Source of the DNA: Tubiluchus corallicola
Taxonomy: Eukaryota > Animalia > Priapulida
Assembly (NCBI GenBank): GCA_030141605.1
Contig: JAQGDQ010000249.1
Span: forward strand, 184,510 to 248,509
Length of the DNA stretch: 64,000 nucleotides
Direction of reading: 5' to 3'
Within the stretch, counting starts at the first letter, position 1, and every line of letters starts with the position of its first letter. Of this stretch, positions 54,559-64,000 are shown piece by piece. Below the pieces are notes generated by a model. That model was not told the DNA's origin. It worked only from the letters and a program-made list of their open reading frames with translations, and made no database searches. The position numbers and the translations under genes are program-made.

Positions 54559-55209
54559 TATATCAGTGCTCCGTAGCGTTGAATACTGAACGTATAATCT
54601 ATTAGAAGGGGTTAATTTATTACATATATATATATACATGTAGTCAAAATGCTTTAAAAATGATGTGTAGAAAGTCATTCTCTGTATTCATGGACTAAAA
54701 GCTCTCTAGTATTGAAAAGTTTAGGTATGTACCAGTACATTATGTGTGCTGTGCGTTTTATAAACATTCGTGAGTGAAACACTTTCATTCCTTTGTAAGG
54801 TAATGTGTCCGCACAACTAGTTCAAAGTCGTTGTGTAAACAAATAATATATTAAATTGTTTAGTCGAAGTAATTTATTGCTCGATATGTAAGTTGTTGAC
54901 TCCGCGGTGAATGTCGGTCGATTAACAAACATTCATTTAAGGTGAAAGAATCGTTTTTTTGAGTAAAAGTGCGTCGAGTATTTGCTGAATTCTTATGCGG
55001 TCTGAATTCTGAATTTCGTGTCGCTGGTACGGTTTGAATTTGTTCATTAGTTTGCTTATATTTCATTTCAATAGTTTTGCACTGCATTGTGGGTAAGATG
55101 TGGCGTAATGGCGGTTAACTCTGTGAATAACTTGTTTTCATTCACAAGTTGTACGAAGTAAGAGTTACACGATTTTTCGCGTATTACAAGTCCGTAGTGA
55201 GATACGGAA

Positions 55210-55600
55210 TCAGAGTTAACTAGATCTGAAATGAGCAGAATTAACTAGATCCAACTCCAGCAGAGTTAACTCTCATAGTTGAATTAACAGAGAGTGAGAG
55301 TTAACCAGATCCAACTCAAGCAGAGTTAACTGTAATAGTTAATTAACAGAAAATGAGAGTTAACCAGATCCAACTCAAGCAGAGTTAACTCTAATAGTGA
55401 ATTAACAGAGAGCAGAGTTAACCAGATCCAACTCCAGCAGAGTTAACTCTAATAGTGAATTAACAGAGAGCAGAGTTAACCAGATCCAACTCCAGCAGAG
55501 TTAACTCTAATAGTGAATTAACAGAAAATGAGAGTTAACCGGATCCAACTCCAGCAGAGTTAATAGTTGAATTAACAGAAATCCGAGTTAAGCAGAATTG
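55210..55600. repeat. ~58-bp tandem repeat
   Basis: AGAGTTAACCAGATCCAACTC recurs. Confidence 0.85.
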
Positions 55601-56849
55601 ACTGCTACACGCTCGCAGTGAAAAAAATTGCCCGATTCATTCATGCACTTATTCCACAAGCTTACAACAGAAGCTTATATCGATTCTTTCATGCTTGTAT
55701 GAAACTTTGTTGCATTAAAGTATCAAAATATGTCAAAACAGCATATTTCTGTAGATTAATGACAGCCGGTCTAGTTAGAAAACATCGTTCCCGTAAAGCG
55801 GGACGGTGTGTACCTGTTTTCCAAATTGATTCCCCTCATTCCCCAATTGATTTCCCATCTTGCCTCAGTGTTGTTTTGCGTGAAATTGAACTTTGATGAT
55901 TTTGCTTGTCTATAGCATGTAGTGAATGTTTTTTAGGTAGCGCCGTAGCTTCTTTTGCGAGCGGAAATGGGTAATAATATCGATGTATTTGCGCGGCCGA
56001 GTCGCGAAAATGTCATTTATAATTCGGCGTTTGATGACTAGAAATGATTCGGTTGCTTTGAAGCGCTGTTCTTATGTTTTGTACAGAGCCACACGTCGCG
56101 TGGCGACCTCTATGCTACCCGAATTTTACAAGTTCTTGTTTTTTTACTTTCTGCACCGTTTATGTAGATCTGCTTGTTAGTTTAGTCGCGCTAAATAAAA
56201 AAAATCGATAATAGCACAGGGCCGTTGTTGCGAAGTCGGGCAGCATTACTGGTCGTCTTTTTCATCTAGTTTCGTTAAAATTGTTGATCATAATGTCGCT
56301 AAGTTGCCAGCGCGTGCGTATGATTTGCAGTTTGCGGATTTTGTGACAAAGCTTGTCACTTTTGCAGACGTCGTGTAAAAAGTCTTGTCGTGTGCATCGT
56401 TCTTAGTTTTTCATTCCTTTTTACGTGGTTCCTTAAATAGCTACGTTTTTTTTTTTGATTTTCGAATTGATCTGTCGTTTCATTCATATCCGTTAAATTT
56501 CACCTATCTGATGTCAGTTTGTGAGATAGTTGAACTTCTAGCGTTATAATATAATCGACTAGATAAATTAATAATGTTAATTATCTTGTGTTACGTGAAG
56601 ATTGTAAATTGTATGAGTTTTTCTACTGCTGCCTATTATTCGTCAATTTTGCAACTAATATTTATCGTACGTACATAGTAATGATAATGTTTGTAAATTA
56701 TTTATAAGTATCTCCTAAATGAGTATAGAAAAACGTAGGTGTGGAGGTGAACCAGCGCAAAGCTTTTGCCACTCTTTAGGTAATAATTAATTTCTGTAAA
56801 CAGAAATGAATGCATTTTGTAATTAATCCCCATTTGTTTTTCGTGGAGA

Positions 56850-57337
56850 TGTGTTTAGCACGGTGCGGTATCTGTGTTTAGCACAGTGCGGTCGATGCGG
56901 TATCTGTGTTTAGCACAGTGCGGTCGATGCGGTATCTGTGTTTAGCACGGTGCGGTCGATGCGGTATCTGTGTTTACCACGGTGCGGTCGATGCGGTATC
57001 TGTGTTTAGCACAGTGCGGTCAATGCGGTATCTGTGTTTAGCACGGTGCGGTCGACGAGGTATCTGTGTTTAGCACGGTGCGGTCGATGTGCTATGTGTT
57101 TAGCACGGTGCGGTCGATGCGGTATCTGTGTTTAGCACGGTGCGGTCGATGCGGTATCTGTGTTTAGCACGGTGCGGTCGATGCAGTATCTGTGTTTAGC
57201 ACGGTGCGGTCGATGCGGTATCTGTGTTTAGCACGGTGCGGTCGATGCGGTATCTGTTTTTAGCACGGTGCGGTCGATGCGGTATCTGTGTTTAGCACGG
57301 TGCGGTCGATGCGGTATCTGTGTTTAGCACGGTGCGG
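56850..57337. repeat. 32-bp minisatellite in PDPK1 3' region
   Basis: TATCTGTGTTTAGCACGGTGCGGTCGATGCGG. Confidence 0.95.
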
Positions 57338-57830
57338 CATCGCACAATTTGGTTACAGAATAGAGGCGACGTACTTTAGGCGAATTGTATGTGGTACGTT
57401 GCTCTATGATGTAAACCAATAGCTTGAGAATTATTGTAGTCAATATGAACATATTCTTTGCGATATTATTATTGATACTGTACAAAGTTTACTGGTATAT
57501 TTCATTATTATGTTATTATTAAAAAGCCTGTTGCGTTTGCTCCTATGCGTGACTTTTTTTTGTTTTTATACCGTAATCTGATGTTGATTAGATTAGTAAT
57601 TCGTGAGTTTACATATAACAACAAAATATACAATCGCTCTCGAATTTCAAGTGAGAAGTGAATTAAAATGAGGCCGGGATGAAAAATGTTGTTTTTATTT
57701 GAAAACTATCAGAGTAATGTTTTGATCAAATACAAACAGCGCATTATGATTTTCTTTGTATTTCATTGCATTTCACGAAGCCGTTTCGCTCAAATCTCTT
57801 CGATGAATCCAAGGAAAAATTCAAAATTAA

Positions 57831-58362
57831 AGGAAAACCGGACGATTGCTTAGACTCAATCTCATTTTAGTTTACTGTCCAAAATATACATTTTCTTGCC
57901 TATAAAAGTTAACAATTGTTCCTTATATTTGAATAATTAGCTTAGAAAGTTAATTAACGGCAACCGAACACAGCTATTGCTTACGTCAGAAACTAACCAC
58001 AGTTTGTGCAATGGCAGGTGTCTTCCCTTGCGCATCAAGCACGTTTGCATAAGTGTTACTCTACTGCTTAAATGCATGATGTCACGAAAAATGGGCTCTA
58101 CATCATATGATGTCAGAAACTAACACTGCAGTTCATGATCATGCTTATCACGGTACCGCCTTCTATTTGTCGGCCACTTGAATGTGACAAAAAGGCGCCG
58201 CTGCCAATCTTAGTAGATTCACTGAGCCGCGCGTAGCTTTGAAAGTTTAACAAAATTTGAGTATCTGAGGTAATTATTATTTAATCTAAACTTTGATTTA
58301 AAAAAAGCTTTTGTAGTTTTCAATATTTTAGAGCATTTTTTATTCTGAACTCGTGTTTACAC
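57831..58362. mobile_element. Inverted, truncated copy of the 29668-30215 element
   Basis: Reverse-complement similarity throughout; one TTAA|AGGAAAACCGGA end retained. Confidence 0.75.
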
Positions 58363-58683
58363 ACATGTATATAGATAAACTGTATATTCTAATTCTATGC
58401 AGACAAATAAACCAAGTTAAAAATATATACATCATTTTTCTAACGTGACTAAAATTTGGCGTTAATAATTTAAAAAACTAAGTAAACGATAGACAGGATA
58501 AGAAATATCAAGTCGAGCAAAAAGCTCGTGCTGTTTAACGACCTGAATGTAATTGTCGTACAAAAAAAAGAAAAAGAAGATACAAAGAATAATCAATTTA
58601 CAAATTTCTTTGTTCGTCTTTGGCAAACTTAATGAATGAATGGTAGTTATGACTTGCGCTGATAAATAATGATAATGCAATTG

Positions 58684-59167
58684 CAGGGTTTCCACGATCA
58701 GGGAAAATACAGGCTATCCTGCAAAGTCGGGGAAAAAGATAATTTGGTAAAAAGTCAGGCAAAGTGATGAAAATGGGGCAAAAAGTCAGGGAAATTGGAA
58801 AGGGTTGCAAAAATAATCACCATGAAGCGATATTTTTCCAAACATATTTTTCAGTGATTCGTGTTGAAATAAAATTTTGCTATGACAGGCTCCCAGTTTC
58901 AATTTGTGTTCCAAAAATAATTATTGGCCGACACATTATATATCTTTATACGTCCATACACAAAAATGTTTGAATGTGTATACTGATTGTCCGCAATTTC
59001 TGCTCGTCTTAGTCATGGAAAATCAATATTTAATCGGGGAAAATTCAGGAAAATTTATTTAAAATTCTGTAAATATGTATACTGGTAATACAACTTCCGC
59101 TTATCTTGGTTATGGAAAATCAATATTTAATCAGGGAAGTTTATATTAAAATTCTGTGGAAACCCTG
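58684..59167. mobile_element. CAGGGTTTCCAC-family MITE (hAT-like); partial copies near 1709, 9944, 17362, 17678 and 37948
   Basis: 12-bp TIRs CAGGGTTTCCAC / GTGGAAACCCTG and a shared GGAAAA-rich body; no clear TSD. Confidence 0.75.
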
Positions 59168-59262
59168 TGACTAGATGAACTACTTCTCATTAACACGATG
59201 CCATGATTAGTTGAAAACAAACACAATCGGCATAAATTTTGTAACCAATCACAAAAGAATGA

Positions 59263-59388
59263 TCACTGTGAAATATTTGCGCGTAACATAGTTGCCTGAT
59301 TGAAGTAATTAACGACGATTTCGGCCGGATGCTGCTCCCACGGTTCGCCGTCCACCTGCATGGGCATGTTGCTATCGTGAAGCGTCAG
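59263..59388 (-). CDS. DGKE: DGKE terminal exon ([26 protein letters not shown]...ISQ*)
   Basis: ttttacag| acceptor; TGA at 59265-59263. Confidence 0.93.
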   Translation of the reverse strand: MTLHDSNMPMQVDGEPWEQHPAEIVVNYFNQATMLRANISQ

Positions 59389-61011
59389 CTGTAAAAAAAA
59401 CGTTTTTTCTCAGATTTGGTTTCTGCAGAGGAAAGCATTCGAGTAAAGAAACACGAGTTGAATCCAAACAAACATGATGTTAATTTGTTAGTTCACCTCT
59501 AGGTGGCTCTGATCAATTACTACAATTGTAAAAAAACTTGTATTTTCAAACTCCAATAGTAGCTCGTGGAAGCAGTCATTTTGCTTCGGGTTTTTCCTGT
59601 TGCAAAGCTCAGATCTTCATCAGGAAGAGCCATCTACTGGACATAAACATAACTTCAATGTGTTCTTGTAAAGTTCATAGCAACCAACATTCATACTGTT
59701 GCTAAGTGTTTTGTAGAAACGCGACAAAAAACAATGGCCGACTTTAACAGTGATTTTCTCAAGATTATGTTTTTCAGTGCACAGCCTGCACCTCAACTTC
59801 AACATGGATTATCTCAGCTTAGAAATAACATAGAGCGATGAACTTGGTATCAAAATGATCCTCATGAAATGAAGATTCAGGATATGTGAATAACTAGAAA
59901 AGCTTAAATGCCGACTTATGGACGATTTTCCTATGCAAGCACACATGTATCTGTTGTATTGATACTTCCAACAAAATCAGTGTTTATACATTAAAAAACG
60001 TGCCGTACAGCAAAGATTAGTCAACACAAACATTTGAACAAGGTAACATGAGCCTTGAGAAACACTACGTAAATACCAGCATGGGGTCCCTATGCTTGTC
60101 GGGCCCCGGGCAACTGCCCAGCACGCCCATGCATTAAGATGGCCCTGCCTACATTAGACATTACTGTTCCATTTTGCCATAAGTTTTGGAGCATGGCTTT
60201 TAATAACTATAAATACATCAATTTGTGCATACGATAGTATAATAGTTCGGTTTGTTTATCTAACTGATAAATTTAGAAATCGAATTTAAAAGAAAAAAAA
60301 ATTAAAATGAAAAAAATAAATTGCTGCCAAACCCTAGACTTGAACCACAGTGCAAATCTGTTCACAAAATGTACTCTATAATACGAGCATTTCTTTAACG
60401 CTATACAAAAATGAATACGCTTATCTTTCAAGAAAAAATTAAACTATATGAAACCACTGCCAAAAAGAAGCTGCGACAGCCGCCCTCGACGGGTGACGGT
60501 AGCTACCTTAACGTGTCTTGCTTGACCAATCAGCACCGGTTCCGACAAGCCGACTTGCAGCTGAGCTATGTGGAAAGAGGAGTAGATGCCAATAACTTCT
60601 AAGAGACCATCGTCCAGTCTAAACAAAAGAAGATTATTCATTCTTGTGACCGCGTGTTCACAACCAACCAAACACGGCATTGCTGGAACGCACTGTGCTG
60701 GGCTGTGAAGCAAACAGTACTACCCTCATGTGTTCTGATTCTGTAGAAGTATAAAGAAAGAACTAAAGAAAAAAGACTTATTATATGGAATATTATCGAT
60801 AATAATGATAGAACATAGGGGGTGCTGCAGTTCCAAAGTATCTACACACAAGTCGACACTTGTAACAAATAATAATAATAATAACAATAATAAGAATAAC
60901 AATGATAATAATAGTAATAATAATAATAACAATAACAATGATAATAATAGTAATAATAATAAGAATAATAATAATAATAAATAAATAATAATAACAATAA
61001 CAATGATGATA

Positions 61012-61043
<32 letters not shown>

Positions 61044-63703
61044 GGTGGTGAAATAAGCAAACAGCATATGACACTATAAACAAATGTAAGACGTCATACA
61101 ATAAAAAATGTTTAAATTGAACTCGGAACGTTTGTGTCAAAACCCGAAGATTTGAATAAATAAACAAAGGCATTTTCTAATTTCTACCAACTTTTGTTCG
61201 GGCTTATCACAGTCGGTGATCAACTTCCACGGCCGGACGCCGGCACCCCAGCAGTCGATGTTTAGCACAATGATTCCCTCCAACTCCGGTAATGTCACCG
61301 CTTTACCGTCCAGTTCCAACTAAATATCAAAAAAAAATTAAAACTAAGAAAAAGCAGGTATTATACGTCACGCACAAATTATAATACAGTAAGCCCTCGC
61401 TTAACGACTCCCCGTTTAGCGACGTTTCATTTTAACGACGCTGAACATTTGACACCTTTTCTCACTTAACAGCGCACGTTTCATTTAACAATGCGGACCA
61501 GTTCAGCATGCTCACTGACTCCGGCAGCTCCTGCAGCCAACCTGGTGCCAAACGTATCGCTCCGCTTTCCTTCGGACTACACCAGGGAGGAAGAGAGGGG
61601 GTTCCTGTTGTCTGGGCAACTCAGGATCTCCATACACCTTGCCCAGGCGTGCGCCCTGGAGACGTTCAAGGATCGGACTGCTCAGCCACAGTCGACGCTG
61701 CAGCTCCATCAATGTGATCAATAACTGACTCTCTTGGCGCACACTCCATTGTCTTCCGAGACAGAAGGATGCCAACAACACCAGGGAGGAAGAGAGGGGT
61801 GGGTTCCTGTTGTCTGGGCAACTCAGGATCTCCATACACCTTGCCCAGGCGTGCACCCTGGAGACGTTCAAGGATCGGACTGCTCAGTCACAGTCGACGC
61901 TGCAGCTCCATCAATGTGATCAATGACTGACTCTCTTGGCGCACACTCCATTGTCTTCTGAGGCAGAAGGATGCCAACAACACCAGGGAGGAAGAGAGGG
62001 GGTTCCTGTTGTCTGGGCAACTCAGGATCTCCATACACCTTGCCCAGGCATGCGCCCTGGAGACGTTCAAGGATCGGACTGTTCAGCCACAGTCGACACT
62101 GCAGCTCCATCAATGTGATCAATAACTGACTTTCTTGGCGCACATTCCATTGTCTTCCGAGACAGAAGGATGCCAACACCAAACCATTAGCATCGTTAAG
62201 CGAGGACTTTACTGTACTGTCGAACTTTTTACTGAATTCCTAGCAGGTTCGCGATAATGATGCTACACCGAACTTGAAAGTCTTACCTTGATCTTGGTTT
62301 CGATGTTCTTGCATTCTCTTTCGAGAAGATCTTTGGTTCCGAAGGTCAGATAGCACAACTGAAAACAAAGGTAAACAATGAAAACACGGGTAACCAATGA
62401 AAACACAGGTAACCAATGAAAACACAGGTAACCAATGAAAACAAAGGTAACCAATGAAAACACAGGTAACCAATGAAAACACAGGTAACCAATGAAAACA
62501 AAGGTAACCAATGAAAACACAGGTAACCAATGAAAACAAAGGTAACCAATGAAAACAAAGGTAACCAATGAAAACACAGGCAACCAATGAAAACACAGGT
62601 AACCAATGAAAACAAAGGTAACCAATGAAAACACAGGTAACCAATGAAAACAAAGGTAACCAATGAAAACACAGGTAACCAATGAAAACACAGGTAACCA
62701 ATGAAAACACAGGTAATCAATGAAAACAAAGGTAACCAATGAAAACAAAGGTAACCAATGAAAACAAAGGCAACCAATGAAAACACAGGTAACCAATGAA
62801 AACAAAGGTAACCAATGAAAACAAAGGTAACCAATGAAAACAAAGGTAACCAATGAAAACACAGGTAACCAATGAAAACAAAGGTAACCAATGAAAACAC
62901 AGGTAACCAATGAAAACAAAGGTAACCAATGAACAACTTCTAAAATTCTTAGTACAGCCATACCTCTGTTTTCGACCATAATTCGTTCCTAAAAAGTGTT
63001 TGAAAACCGATTTGGTGGAGAACCCATAAGAAATAATGTAAAAGCAAATAATCCGTTCTCAAGCACCAAATGAGCTGTAAAGTATTACGAAATATAATGA
63101 TGCTAACATGCTTATTCAAACAGTAGATGTGATATAATTGATAAGAAAAACGTAATAGAATTACTTTGAAAGAAAAACATAATTATTCCTGCATGAAAAA
63201 CCCTTACGTGTTGGTAGCAGTGTGATAGCATATGTAGGCACGATCGGAAACGTGTGTGATTACTCTCGGGCGCGGTCGGTTACGCTCGGCTCGCCGCGCA
63301 TGCGTTCATCACGTGCTTGGCGGTTGGTCGAGTACCGCAATTGTGGTCGAGAACGGAGACAATTTCAGCTCGAATTTTCTGGTCGAAAACCGATTTGTAC
63401 GAATACGGAGACGTTCGACAACGCAAGTATGACTGTGATTATTTCAACTATTTCCACAAACACAAGAAGCGCAAACGACAAACAGGAACTTTAGAGTAAG
63501 GAACTTCGTGACAAAAAGACACGACAGGATCTCCTTTCCTCTTCTTATAAAGCATAATTTTGATTTGCTAGAAAAGAAATACGACTCACCTTGTTTATGA
63601 GTCTATTAGTGAACAACCGTGGTGCCGCCTGTCTGCTGCGATGAAAGTTTAACGTGACAAGAGCATCGACGCCCAGAGACAGATAATTGTTCATAATCAA
63701 ACC
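59263..63703 (-). CDS. DGKE: Diacylglycerol kinase epsilon-like, last five coding exons (gene continues beyond window)
   Basis: Spliced translation gives [11 protein letters not shown]...LNFH, FGTKD, LELDG...[25 protein letters not shown] (DGK accessory domain) and a short C-terminus as in the epsilon isoform. Confidence 0.92.
60507..60618 (-). CDS. DGKE: DGKE exon ([37 protein letters not shown])
   Basis: tgtttag| acceptor and AAG|GTAGCT donor. Confidence 0.93.
60868..61042. repeat. (AAT)n microsatellite
   Basis: Direct reading. Confidence 0.92.
61192..61319 (-). CDS. DGKE: DGKE exon ([31 protein letters not shown]...)
   Basis: atttag| acceptor; AA|GTTGGT donor, phase 2. Confidence 0.92.
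61387..62214. mobile_element. Tc1/mariner-pogo-like MITE hosting SINE copy E
   Basis: TA|CAGTAAGCCCTCGCTTAACGA ... TCGTTAAGCGAGGACTTTACTG|TA imperfect TIRs with TA TSD. Confidence 0.8.
61493..62180 (+). mobile_element. Headless SINE copy E with a ~202-bp 3' part in three tandem copies
   Basis: Three successive ...GAAGGATGCCAAC ends at about 61777, 61980 and 62177. Confidence 0.85.
62287..62358 (-). CDS. DGKE: DGKE exon ([24 protein letters not shown])
   Basis: gttttcag| acceptor and AAG|GTAAGA donor; 72 nt. Confidence 0.92.
62361..62933. repeat. 19-bp minisatellite abutting a DGKE acceptor
   Basis: AAAACAMAGGTAACCAATG. Confidence 0.95.
63590..63703 (-). CDS. DGKE: DGKE exon ([38 protein letters not shown])
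   Basis: tttccag| acceptor and AAG|GTGAGT donor on the minus strand; 114 nt. Confidence 0.93.
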
Positions 63704-64000
63704 CTGGAAATGCAAAATCAGAGCGAATTAAAGCATCGACATTAAGGTACGAGACGTCAACTTACAACAACAAAACATGTTTACAACAGTCGTCGTCATC
63801 ATCAGTAGTAGAAGTAGTAGTAGTAGTAATAGTAGAAGTAGTAGTAGTAGTAGTAATAGTAGAAGTAGCATCGACATTAAGGTACGAGACGTCAACTTAC
63901 AACAACAAAACATGTTTACAACAGTCGTCGTCATCATCAGTAGTAGAAGTAGCATCGACATTAAGGAACGAGTACACGTCAACTTACAACAATGGCAAAA

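Overview
Eukaryotic (bilaterian invertebrate) genomic DNA that is AT-rich and repeat-dense; most long ORFs in the supplied track are tandem-repeat artefacts. Two real genes can be assembled by hand. The first is a complete 13-exon PDPK1/PDK1 kinase + PH-domain gene on + (CDS 25594-53423, 1770 nt, 589 aa, all splice phases consistent); its intron 4 is a U12-type minor-spliceosome intron. The second is the last five exons of a convergent diacylglycerol kinase epsilon-like gene on - (63703-59263). The most unusual component is a SINE family with a full-length 5S rRNA head, no Pol III terminator and an RTE-LINE-type 3' end (last codons [13 protein letters not shown] plus a terminal stem-loop). It occurs five times in four structural states: full length, 5'-truncated with a long TSD, a ~105-bp head-tail deletion derivative, and a triplicated tail nested in a MITE. 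The rest is a local segmental duplication, MITEs of several superfamilies (hAT-, piggyBac-, Kolobok- and Tc1/pogo-like), and many mini- and microsatellites, several nested inside MITEs. No CRISPR array or prokaryotic system is present. All family assignments come from recalled motifs, not database searches.
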